A stretch of DNA of 64,000 nucleotides from Amoebophrya sp. A120. Its lineage: Eukaryota > Protista > Dinoflagellata. Every line of letters begins with the position of its first letter. Within the stretch, counting starts at the first letter, position 1. The stretch covers positions 2,748,587 through 2,812,586 of the forward strand of contig CAJINV010000010.1 of assembly GCA_905178155.1 (NCBI GenBank), given 5' to 3'. The notes beneath the pieces were generated by a model. The model ran no database searches. It saw nothing but the letters and a program-made list of their open reading frames with translations, and was not told where the DNA came from. Positions 1 through 11,400 of the stretch are shown here, in pieces. Position numbers and translations under genes: made by a program.

Positions 1-3000
1 ACGAAACGACAATATGCACTGCAAATATGTCTGGGTCTGGAAGGATGCAACTTGTGATGCTACCTTTGGACTCTACATAAAATCTGTATTGCATGAACAG
101 CAAAAGAGGCGCAATTTGTGCTATGCCGAGAGGGCATTTCTCATGCGGTATGAGAATCAGAGAGCCCTCACAGAATCTCCGCAGCTCGGGCATGCATCAC
201 AGCCTCCCTGGGTCATGGAAAATCTGCATGACAAACTTCTGCATTCTTCCAGACTCAGACATTTTTGCGAATCATAGACAAAGTCTTTCGAGAACAAGAT
301 CGATCCGCAATTTTCGCCGCCTGTGCAGCATCGGGAAACAACCGTGGTTGAATCACACAATCATGAAAAGATGCGGAGCAGCAAGGTTGCAACGTTCCGG
401 GCGCCGGCGAAGAAGCGAGAGTTTTTTAAGGTATAATACACAGTCTCTAACTTAAACTTGAAGGTTATCTTTCTTCCATAGCGTAAGCGTATCCCATTTT
501 TGCATCGAAGATGAGAATAAAAGTGAATGAAACAAATAAAATCACTATAAGTCGATTCATTTTTCTCCCGAATCCCTGTGTTTAGCAATGGGTATTCTGG
601 CCACCCTACTTTGTACTTTGCTACTTTCCCAATCGCGCGGCTAGCACAACTGGAAGTGCGCTCGGCTGGGCTCTCTGACCACGCGTGTGTGGCGGAGGCT
701 CCTCGGCTCTGCGGCACACCACCAAGTGGTCCCTCCAGAACGGAAGGAAGGAGGTTCAGGGTTGTGCTGGGAACAACGCAACAGTTCCCAGGCACTAGCC
801 TGGGAGAGCGGCCAGGAGATCCATTCAAAAGCTCTACCATCCAAGCGGCTTCGCCCGCAGGCGGCTTCGACCGCGGACGGTCTGGCGGGTTCTGGCTGAG
901 AGGTCCGGGTTCGAATCCCGGAACGCGCGCAATTTTTGCTTTCGCCTTGGGTTGTTGTTCTTCTGACGAGAACTACAAGGACGGCGTCGTCCCGTCTGAG
1001 TGCGCTCGCGCGCGCTGCGCAATGGTTAAAATTGCTTCTTTCTCGTCCTCCCATGCCGGTCGGACGCGGACGAGTGTTGATATTTATCCTTTCGGCACGA
1101 CGTGGACGGGTTGGTCACAAGTACTTGTTGTGCATACAGCCCAGCAGCCCGGACTCTGTGTCGGCCCGTCGTGGAACAAGGATCAAGTACGCGGCAGCTC
1201 CACGACACTTTCTTACTTATACACGACGTAGTAGTAAAAATACACTATCCAAACCAGGGCGCCACCGCTCCGCCGGAGTCACTTCTGCTATTCCCCAACC
1301 TTCGCGACGTTTCGCTTCCAGACATGCGGCTGCCCAACGGTTCCTTTCTCGCGAGGCTGCTCAAGCTCGTGGCGCTATGCATTGCAAAAATGTCTGGGTC
1401 TGGAAGGTTGGAACTTGTCATGCTAAATCTGAATCGCGCAAAAATCTGTGTTGCATGATTACCAAATGCTGCCCACTTTTGATCTAGTTGAGAGGCAGTT
1501 TCTCATGCAGGATAGGCATGATAGTGATCTCACAGAATCTGCCATGCTAGGTCCTCCATTACAGATCATATGGGTCATGGAAAACCTGCATGACAAGTCG
1601 AGCAAAGTTTCAGACCCAGACACTTTTGCATTTGATAGGCCCGCAACGAGGGCAATTCGCCGTTGCTGAACTTGACGCTGGACGGAAACCAGTTGGATTT
1701 CGAAAACATCCGGTTCACGCTGGAATCAAACAAGGAGAACCTTTTGCACAAGCACAGCAGCGGCGGAAAGATGATAAAAAAAGCTGCCAGTGGGATTGGG
1801 AACAGCTACAAGATGAACGGTAGTGCAATAGCCGACCACGAGGCAGAAATGTTTATACAGCCGTCCGGCAACAAGCACGCGCTTTCCGATTACCCGCCCG
1901 ACAAGCAGACGTCGCGGATATACGAAGATTCACAGAAGATTTTGAAGGACCACGAGAAAGACATTGCGGAAATTAGCGGGAGGTCCATGCGGAGTTGGCA
2001 GAAGCACCACTTACACTTCCAGAACCTGCAGCAGCACCACCCCCAGCACCTCCCGCACACTCCGATTACGCCGATGACGCCGCAGGTCGAAGGCGGAGCT
2101 GGAAGTTCATCTTCTCACGGGCGTCACCAGAAAGGCGATAGCTTCTCCAGCACTGCCACCAGTTCCATGCACAACACCACGCAGTCGTCCTTCTCCCTGC
2201 TCCACAATCGGCCGCCTTCCCCGATACGACGACAACCCCGGGACGAACTCGCCAACATCGCGCGCCGCAACATCCTATGCACTGCAAAAGTATCGTACTA
2301 GTATAGATTGCATTACAAATTTTCCCAAGAACAAAGATGCACTTTGTCCTGCTCTTTCAGGTAGAAAGTTGGATTTGTCATGCATATCTGCAATTAGTAC
2401 GAATGCGATACTTTTGCACAGGATACATCCGCATCCGCATGGGGGCGAGCGCGGGAAAGGAGACAAAATCTACCACCCGCGAGGAAGACGAGGCGCAGGC
2501 GGAGGAGATGCTGTATCACATCGCGAACGCGAGCCACATCCAGTTCTACCCCGACTTGACCACCAGCTGTCTGGATCTGGTAAAGCTGTACGACAAGCTG
2601 AAGTACCTCTCCCTGAAGCGCTGCAACATCGTATGACAGTGCACAACTCCCCCTTCCCCTCATTTGTATGGCATGAACAGCAATACAAGCGCCAGCGAGA
2701 ATGCAGGTTTTGCATGACAAATTTGCACCGGATTGTCGCGCTATTTGGGCTGCCAGAACTTCTCATGCAAACAGTGCTAAGAGTCACACTCACAGCCTGC
2801 TGAATTGGGCACTTTGCATGACAAATGAGGGGGAGGGGGAGTTGTGCACATTCACACATCGACGAGCAGGTCGTGAAAAGGTTGATCCTGCCCTACCAGT
2901 CGATTGAGGTGCTGCTGCTCGACGAAAACCCGCTGCTAGACATGGGGTTGCTTTACTTGATGAAGGCCAACCCGCTGGTGTTCGGCCACTATCCACTGCA

Positions 3001-6000
3001 ACTATGTCTGGCTCTGGAAGATTGCCAGGTCTGTCATGCATATTTTGCATGCCCCATGATGCCTGAGATGCATGACCTAGCATCACAGATTTTTTGAGGG
3101 CTTGCGCATGCTATACCGCATGAGAAATTATGCCCTCTACTCTCTCTCTCTCTCCGTAGCACAAACTGGGCTCCTGTTGCTGGTTATGCAATACAGATTT
3201 TTCTAGAATCCAAAAACAGCATCACAAAGTGCAACCTTCCAGACACATCCAGGGATATTTGCATTTGGTAGCCACCTTCCCCGCCCCATTTTGAAGATCA
3301 TCTACGGGTACGAGGGGTCGGTATCCTCTGCAAAAGTATCTGATACTCGTATTGCAATCATGCATTACAAATCTTTTTCTTAAGGTAAATCCACATTACA
3401 AATATCATGCGTCATGCTGACGAAATTTGTAATGCATTTATACGAGTACGATGCTTTTGCATCTCATACTCGGAGGCGGATAGCGATCCATTGGAGGATA
3501 TCCTGTGTAAAAACGTCCCCATAGTACCAGAGTTGTGATGCAGGTTAGCAAATACAGCAACATTTGGAATGCGCGCCCGCATGACACCAGGCATTTCCAG
3601 TCGCGTTTTGGAATTTGTAATGCTGTGAGAAGGAAGATAGGAGAATGGCTTTGTTATGCGGCTGTGCTTGCTACCTTGTAGTACAATACAGAGAGAAACT
3701 TGTCATGCGTCATCCCCAAAACTTCTGGATTTCTGTTGCTGAGTTCCCAACTTGACTCTGGGCTCGTGGGGACGTTTTTGCTCAGCATAGAGGAAACCGA
3801 AGTCGAGTCCGCGTTCGATTTTGGCGAGTTTTTGGCTGTATCCTGTGCAAAAGTTTCGTACTCGTATTGCAATCATGCATTACATTTTTTTTTTCTGAAA
3901 GCAAATCCGCATTACAAATTTCATTTCTCATGCTGAGGAAATTTGTAATGCATTGGATTGGTATGAATACGATACTTTTGCAATTCATAGGCCGATTTGG
4001 GCGAGGACTTTCTGAACACGGACTTCATCAACGGCGGCGTCAAGGAGGAAAAGGACGACCTGGCAGCGTCGGTGACAGAAAAACTGCGGGCGAGTAGGGT
4101 CGTGGACGAAGAGCAGATTGCTGATCATCGGGAAATAGATGTTGCAAACAAGGAAATATTAGACAACTGCTCATCATCCCATGTTGATATTTCACAAGGA
4201 GCTGCAGCTGCACCAACCGGAAATATCAAAAATGTTGCTGCCACAGGTTCATCTTCAACTGGTGCAGGACCTCCTGCGACTCTGAAAAGCAGTTTGAAAA
4301 CGTCTTCCTCCTCAACATCCACATCTAAACAGCAACAACAGGGCCCTACAGCTTCCTCCTCCGAACCACCTGTAGCATCGTCCAACAACTACTATAATCC
4401 CCCTCCAAAGTCCCCGCTGCACTCGCTATCCCTACGAAAAACCGGACTCTGCGCCGGGAATCTGCTCTCGCTGCTGTTTATGAACTGCAAAAGTATCGTA
4501 CTCGTATAAATGCATCACAAATTTCCTCAGCGTGAGAAATAGAATTTGTAGTGCTGATTTGCCTTGGGAACAAAATTTGTCATGCAAGACTTGCATTTAT
4601 ATGAGTACGATAGTTTTGCACTGGATGCTGTTTCAGTCCAGTTCGGCGAAATTGAAACAGCTGGATTTGAGCCGCAACCCGTCGCTGACTGTTTCCTACC
4701 TCGAGTCGAACACCCAGCCAGCGCTATCCTGAGCGAAAACGCCCGCGCCCCAGAGTCAAGTTGGGAAATCTGCTAGACAAATCGACCAGCTTTAGTTGTT
4801 GCGCATGACAGGTCTCCACCTGCAGTGTAAGTAGTGACGTTTCGCAAGGGAAGCCGCGTTGGAAAGCCGTTTTCTCATCCTAGTTACAGCATTACAAATG
4901 CCAAAACACGACGACTAGAAATGCCTCCCATGGAGATGCGCATTACAAATCGACTCCAGTCATTGCGCATTTGCATGACAGCTCTGGGGAGGTGGGGACG
5001 CTTTTACATAGGATACGCGCCGGCGTTGGAGGAGCTGTGGGTGGAGGAGTGCAATCTGTCGCTGGAGCAGGTGAAGGTTCTGATCCGGCCCTTCATGACG
5101 TCGCTGCAAAAGTTCCACTGCATATGCATTGCAAATATGTCTGGGTCTGGAAAGGTTGAACTTGTATTGCTTGTCCAGGTGGACTCCAGAAAAATCTGTA
5201 TTGCATAAAGGCAACATAAAGCGCCACAGTCTCGCCATGAAAAAGCGCAGTTTGTAATGCGCACTGAGTATGTAAAACTAAAAGCGGATGAAAAATTTGT
5301 CATGCAGTATTGCACCCAAAGGCGCTCTCACTCATGACCATTCAGCATTACAGATTTCCAGACCCAAACACTTTTGCAATTGATACTGCAGCAAGCAGTT
5401 CGATTTGTTCGAGGAGGGGGAGAAGAAAAAACCGAAGCCGCGTATGAGCGTGCATAAGTAACTCCCTTTTCCCCTCATTTGTATCGCATCCACAGCACTA
5501 CAAACACCAGCACACGTGTATGCTGCGCATGACAAGTTTGATATGCACGGAAGATGGTAGTGCTATTTGGGCTTCCGCTTCCAGGATTTGTCATGCAAAC
5601 AGTGCTTCAAGGCAGAAGCTGGATTTGGGATTTTGCATGACAAATGAGGGGGAGAGGGGATTGTGCGTTGTCATACCGCGAGGCATGAACACACTACGGG
5701 ACGAGATGTCCCGCATTGTTTTCCGCAACATTTGTTTTTTCGACAATGTTATGCGTTGCAAATATGTCTGGGTCTGGAAGAATGAAGCCTGTCATGCGAA
5801 AGCTGGATCACGAGAAAGTCTGTGTTGCATGAACTCCAACAGTTACCCAATTCTCGCTAGACAAAAGGGGAATTTCTCATGCGGAAGAGGCATGAGGAAG
5901 GTCTGAAAAAATGTGTGATGCGTCTGTCTGCATTAGCATTACAGACGATCCGTGTGGATCGCGAGATGCATCACAAATCTTGCAACTTTCCAGACCCAGA

Positions 6001-7307
6001 CACTTTTGCATTTGATAAACGTGAAGAACATACCGGAGAACTTGTCCTACATTGCGTTCAAACAACTCGATTTGGAAACGAAGAACCTGATCGACTTGGT
6101 GTGGAATTTACTCCGGGACAAGATCGAGATTGACCTGGCGTTCAACCCGCTGTTGGGGTTGACCGGGCTCTCTTTGCTGTTGCTCACCCTCCGGTCCTCC
6201 AAGCAGGCAGGGCTGGAGCAATTACGAAAAATGAACTCTTCCAGAGGATTGCAGCACAGCAGCACAACGCTAGGGGAGATCTTGGCCGCAGGGGAGGTAC
6301 TAGAGCAGAACAGCGAAAACAAGAACCCTGCTGCAGACGAAAGCGCAAACGCGGACAAAACGCAAACGAAGCCGGTTGTACCGAGCTCCATTTTGGGTCT
6401 GGACAAATCCAACACGGTGGACATGCTGGAGGTCGGCGATGACAACGATGACGAGAACAGCAAGTCGAAACTTCCGCGAGAAGAGTACCCCAATTCCCGG
6501 CGCAATAACCGGCAGAAACCCTTCCACCAGGTCGGGGACCCGACGGAAACGAACAAAAGACGGAGGAAGTTCAAGCAGCTGATCATTCGGTATGAGGGGT
6601 GCGTTTACCCAAGAGTTTTGTCGGCGAAACAGTGGGGAAACCTAAACGCCATTGTCACGGTATCCTGAGTAAAAACGTACCCACACCAGAGTTGTAATGC
6701 AAATCTACATGCTGAAAATGTTTCTCATGCGGAGCTCCATGAGAAGCATTTTCTAGTCGTGTTTTGCAATTTGTCATGCTCCAATCAGCATGGTGCGCTA
6801 GATCTGTGATGCTGCTGAGCTAGCTCAAACAGCACTACACTACGAATCCAAATTTGTCATGCAAAACAGCCAAAACTTGTGGATTTGTCTAGCCGATTCC
6901 CCATCTTGACTCTGGTGTGGGTACGTTTTTACTCAGGACACACGGAACTGAAGGAAGACTTCGGTATCACGGTGACGCATATGAGAGTGCATAACTCCCC
7001 CTCCCCCTCATTGTTGTAATGCAAAAGCCCAAACTTAGTTGCTGCCTTGTAGCACTTTTTGCATGACAAATTCTGAAATCCCAAACAGTACTACAATCGG
7101 CGCATAAACTTGTCATGCTCAGGCTCCACGTATCAGTAGTACTTATCTTGCTGTTTGCATTGCTGTTCACGCCGTACAAATGAGGGGGAGGGGGAGTCGT
7201 GCACTCTCATAACACACGATGTCGAAAAGAAGGAGGGGGTCTTGAGTCAGAAGACGGTGATGCTGCCGCCGATAGAAGGGGGAGGAGATGTGGTGATTGA
7301 AGAGTAG
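1..7307 (+). CDS. Leucine-rich-repeat protein (RI/NLRC3-like LRRs), 5'-truncated by the window; split by 15 introners and one GT-AG intron (431-1257)
   Basis: Removing each TIR element plus one 5-bp repeat copy, and intron 431-1257, gives one open frame ending TAG at 7305-7307. LRR motifs: LNLTLDGNQL, LKYLSLKRCNI, LKQLDLSRNP, LEELWVEECNL, IEIDLAFNPLL. Confidence 0.8.
13..276. mobile_element. Introner family A (~260 bp non-canonical intron/MITE-like)
   Basis: TIR TATGCACTGCAAATATGTCTGGGTCTGGAA...TTCCAGACTCAGACATTTTTGCGAATCATA; flanking direct repeat GACAA/GACAA. Confidence 0.9.
635..929 (+). ncRNA. tRNA-like structured RNA with a 230-nt insert replacing the anticodon loop (identity unknown)
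   Basis: Acceptor GCGCG/CGCGC; D arm GCAC-AACTGGAA-GTGC with A box TAGCACAACTGG; anticodon stem CTCGG/CTGAG; T arm CCGGG-TTCGAAT-CCCGG (B box); followed by AATTTTTG. Confidence 0.6.
1376..1637. mobile_element. Introner family A
   Basis: Family A TIRs; direct repeat GGCGC/GGCCC; removal restores frame (VARNEGNSPLLNL). Confidence 0.9.
2276..2425. mobile_element. Introner family B (~150 bp)
   Basis: TIR TATGCACTGCAAAAGTATCG...CGATACTTTTGCACAGGATA; direct repeat CATCC. Confidence 0.9.
2632..2856. mobile_element. Introner family C (~230 bp)
   Basis: TIR TATGACAGTGCACAACTCCCCC...GGGGGAGTTGTGCACATTCACA; direct repeat CATCG. Confidence 0.9.
2990..3270. mobile_element. Introner family A, diverged, interior in opposite orientation to 13-276, with a (CT)n tract
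   Basis: TATCCACTGCAACTATGTCTGG...GCATTTGGTA; direct repeat GCCAC. Confidence 0.85.
3322..3468. mobile_element. Introner family B
   Basis: Family B TIRs; direct repeat GTCGG/CTCGG. Confidence 0.88.
3499..3789. mobile_element. Introner family D (~285 bp)
   Basis: TIR TATCCTGTGTAAAAACGTCCCC...GGGGACGTTTTTGCTCAGCATA; direct repeat GAGGA. Confidence 0.88.
3839..3989. mobile_element. Introner family B
   Basis: Family B TIRs; direct repeat GGCTG/GGCCG. Confidence 0.88.
4479..4627. mobile_element. Introner family B
   Basis: Family B TIRs; direct repeat CTGTT. Confidence 0.88.
4725..5015. mobile_element. Introner family D
   Basis: TATCCTGAGCGAAAACG...GACGCTTTTACATAGGATA; direct repeat AGCGC/CGCGC. 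Confidence 0.87.
5123..5385. mobile_element. Introner family A
   Basis: Family A TIRs; direct repeat CTGCA. Confidence 0.9.
5443..5675. mobile_element. Introner family C
   Basis: Family C TIRs; direct repeat CCGCG. Confidence 0.88.
5750..6017. mobile_element. Introner family A
   Basis: Family A TIRs; direct repeat AATGT/AACGT. Confidence 0.9.
6661..6940. mobile_element. Introner family D
   Basis: TATCCTGAGTAAAAACGTACCC...GGGTACGTTTTTACTCAGGACA; direct repeat CACGG. Confidence 0.9.
6980..7211. mobile_element. Introner family C
   Basis: Family C TIRs; direct repeat ACGCA/ACACA. Confidence 0.9.
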
Positions 7308-7411
7308 CTGGGCGGTTTATCTTCTTGTTAAAAAACGTACTGCAAGACGTTGTACGTGTACGATTAAAAAGCAAACCGGTACAACTTTACTGGTATTAAA
7401 GCTTCTACTAG

Positions 7412-7508
7412 ATGTTTCGAATTCCATGTTTAGCGAAATTTTATGTTTCGAATTCCATTTATTTTAGCAACAGAAAGAATCAATACGCTATGATGTTTCG
7501 AATTCCAT
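7412..7508. repeat. Three copies of the 16-mer ATGTTTCGAATTCCAT downstream of the LRR gene
   Basis: Copies start at about 7412, 7443 and 7493. Confidence 0.8.
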
Positions 7509-8484
7509 TTCCATTTGAGAATAAACGACGTAAAGAAAAAGATTAATTCATCACACAAAATTCACACCTCGTGTAGTTTTCCTTTTACTTGATATGTCAT
7601 ATAGTAGAGCTTGTTTTATTTGAAAGACTGTAGTTAGCAGCCGCACCGGAGAAAGATAATATTATGTAGTTTGTAGGTTGTCTACCACGACCTAGGAATT
7701 ACCAACCTAGACTACCGCTTATGTTGTGAGCCTGCGATACTTTTCCTCACTGTACGTGTTACTTGTTTCCGTCGCCTGTCGACGTGTGTTATTTTTACCC
7801 TAGTAAGCAATCCCGTGCACCACTCGCGTGCATGTTGCGTAGCGCAATAACGTACTAATACCGCTACTACGTACCAGTTGTTGTTTCATCCCAGCGAGAA
7901 GATGAACACCTGTACAGTAAACGCTAGAACATTAATATGGTAACGGTAGAAAAATCCGATGTCAGGAGAAGCTGTACGTGTAGCACACCATCTACTACCA
8001 TGGTACTGCAAGTACGCCGGCGCCTAAAATAAACCACGGATGGCGCTGGTCAAAAATACGCGGCTTGTTCCTCGTTTTGCTCAGGCGTTTTTTGATTATT
8101 CCTTTCCTGTCCTATTCTTGACAGCTTTTCCACCTCCAAGGGAGATACAAGAAAGTCACAGTCTTCACACGACGTTGCTTCAGTCTGCCCAATCGAAGGA
8201 TTTTCTAGAACCGTCTCGCTTCTCTGTCTTTGAGGGGCCTCGTCGTCGTGATTTCACCTTATGTCACGATTGTTGCGGACTAACACCAAGTGAATGTTGG
8301 ACGCCACCGATAAGATCAAGATGTAGCGACCACGCAGCGGCACCAGCAGCACGCTGCAGGTGGTCTTATTAAACTGGCCTAGAGCTGCTGGTGCCGGAGC
8401 CGGTAGTACCACCACCAGAGCGGAACCGTAGAAAAAACTGGTTCAAGGAGGACCTTCTCGCCACCGTACAGCGGAGGTGGCAGC

Positions 8485-11400
8485 ATGAAGAAAAGCATGG
8501 AGATGTTGTTCCCGCTTACGAAGCAGCGAGAGGAGCGGCAGGGGTCATCGTCGTGCAGAAGATTTTTTCGCAACAGCAACACACTTGCCATTGCTGCGTT
8601 CTCGTTCTGCAGTCTCTACTTTCATCCGGTCACGACACGCGCCGATCTCCCTGTCCACTGTCTGCGCAACGATGTCGCGGGCAAGTGGGTTTTCCAGCTC
8701 CACAAAACGGGGAAGCAGCGAACCACCTGCGGGCACAAGCGACCGGATTTGGCCACTGAGGAACCTTCGCTGCTGCGGTTTGACGCCATACCAGGGAGTG
8801 AAAAGCTGGAAATGCGGATCGAGTTGCGGGGGGAAGAACAAGAAGATCATACCAAAGCCAAAAGCGCGATGGCAGATGAAGCACAAGCAGCGCAAGCGCA
8901 CGCAGTCGCAGTGGCACGGAAGCTGCAGCAGGAAGATAAAGAGAACAAACATCATGTGCATCAAATAAATTCCGAACCACTAACGGCACCAGACAACACG
9001 GAACCTTTCCGCAGAACCGACCCAGTACAAGCCACCATCCCACAGCTGCAGAACGAGCACAAACTGACAGCCAGACGGGAAGCGACTGCTTCTGCCCAAA
9101 CGACGTCGGGCGCCCCGCGATTGGTGGAAACAGGTTCGTGGACCATGGTATACGATGAAGGATTCGAGATCAAATTTCCGACAAGAAGAGCTGCTGCTCC
9201 TTCTGGCACCGTTGCTGTTTCTGCTTCAAATGGAGCTGCAAACATCAATGCGAATGCTCCACAACTACAACACGAAAACCAAGTGCAAAATCTGAAATTC
9301 GAATCCATGTTCATGTTTTCTCGGTTCCGACCAAAGAGCAGTGGGGAAAGTACAACAAAAATACCTGCATCCCCTCCTCCACCTTCCGACAAAAAGAGCT
9401 ACGAGTCCCTTTGCTCCGAGACCCTGGTCGGGTGGTGGAAAAACGAGGAAACAGGCGAATTTGGCTGTGTTCGGGGGAAGAAAGAAGACGTGGAAGTACA
9501 GAAGCCACAACAGCTGCAGCAGCTCCCGAACAACGGACAGAAGGAAGAACGCGATGAACCACGCGTGTCCTTCTTGCAGAGAGTAGAGCAACCAGCATCG
9601 CTCTCGAAGGAAGAGGAACTAGTACATCTAAATGGTCATCCGAACGCCATTGTCGAGATGAACAGTGCAGCGGCGTTTGTGGACCACCTCCAGGGTGGAG
9701 TACCAGACGGTAGTAATGTTCCTGACGCAAAAGAATCAAGCCACGAAAGAACATCCACTAACACTATCACCCCCGACTGGCTCAGAAGCAAAGCAGCGAC
9801 AATCAACGGAAAGAACCTCGGGTACCGCGCAAAGCCCTACGCAAGCCGGTACGCGGGACTGAGCTACCTGCAGTTCCGAAAGAAGGGCGGCATGGTGCGG
9901 AAGAAGATCCTGGTAGAAGAGAAAGAGAACATCAAACCCGGCGACAGAAGTCGTGACGAAGGGGGAGGTCGTGGTGGTTTTCCCGCTACTACTCGTCGTG
10001 CAGCGACTCTAAATACTCCTTCCAGATCCAGCACCAGTACAACCGTTGCGCTGTTTCAGGAAGAGAGCAAAATCAGTCGAGAGGCGCTGCGGAGACACCA
10101 GTCTGCTTGTGACAAAGCTGCATCTAGTACTTCTGCTGATGCCGGTGGTGGAACAACAACCAAAGGCCCTAGTTCCACATCAGAATCAGTGTATCCAGTT
10201 CCAGCCGCGGTCCGGAAAAACTTCTTTAAAAACTCCATGGTAAGCGGGACCACGAACAGCAACACAGCAACGCCGGAAAGCGTCCCGATAGCGTCACACT
10301 TGTTGCTGACGAAGGAAGCGAGCGAGCTGTCCGAGTTGTCTCCGTGCGTTTTGCAGAAACTGCTGGAGGAGCAAGTTTACCAATCCGACGAGATGCTAGA
10401 AATCGAAAAGGAGTTCCCGAAGGAGTTTGATTGGCGCGAGTACAGGTTGCACAGCAACAATGGTGGTGATGTAGAAGTACCCGCTCAACAAACGATCAAC
10501 TTCCTCGAGGCCCCCATGGACCAAAAAGCCTGCGGGAGCTGCTACATGGTGTCGACCATCCGCATGCTGTCGGCGAGAAACCGAATCAGAAAGTTTTTCG
10601 AAGCAATGGGTGAAATTAAAGGTCGACATAAAGTAGAAGTACAACAGCATCAAGCTACTAAGCAGGACAACAAGATGAAAAGTAGTGCTGCGAGTGCAGG
10701 TCAGGTACTCAGCATCAGCCTGATGGACGACCACAGAAATTCCAACTACGGTGCTGCAGCATCCACTTCACCAGCCGCATCGAGCACGACCGTGGAGCCC
10801 TTCTCGATTTCCTTCCCGCTGTATTGTTCCGAGTACAACCAAGGCTGCGACGGGGGTTACCCTTTTCTGGCGAGCAAATGGTCCGAAGACATCGGCTTAA
10901 TCCCGGCGAAGTGCTTTCCCTACGAGGTAAACGAGAACAGCAGTGGGGAGAAAGTAGGGAAAATGTGCGGAAAAGTGGACAAAAAGTGCGTGTTGGAGGA
11001 AATGGGGAAGGCGAGCGCAAGAAGTGGAACAAGTTCGACTTCTAGTACTAGTAGTACACCCTCGACCTCGAAAGTGGCTGCTGCAGGCAGGCGGGAAACG
11101 ACCAAAACGCCAGTAAGAATGAACATGCAAGTAGCACGTGGTCGGATGAACCATCAATCCCAACAAAAGTCCTCCGACGTGCCGGATCATGAACTTGACC
11201 TAAAACATCTCAAACTCCCGAAGGCCTCCAACTACCGCTATGTGGGGGGTTATTACGGAAACGCCTCGGTCAGAGCGATCATGCGGGAGTTGATGGAACA
11301 CGGGCCCCTGGTGGTTTCGTTTGAACCAACCGAGGATTTCATGCTCTACGCCGGCGGGATTTTTTTCAACCCGACAAGCAGTAGAGCTTCTACTTCTACA

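Noticed and set aside
14-277. Recurrent short ORFs with CKYVWVWK, LPDPDIFA or FQTQT motifs throughout the ORF track
   Set aside because: They are translations of introner family A TIRs in various frames, not a protein family.
661-900. Group I intron in a tRNA, or a functional tRNA-Pro(GGG)
   Set aside because: No recognisable P7/R/S core, and no splice choice rebuilds a normal 7-nt anticodon loop with purine 37.
962-1040. CTGACGA hammerhead ribozyme core
   Set aside because: No stem II followed by GAAA in the required position.
6690-6705. TTGTAATGCAAAT resembles the metazoan Sox-Oct composite site
   Set aside because: POU factors are not expected in alveolates; treated as a coincidental match to the GCATNACAA intron motif.
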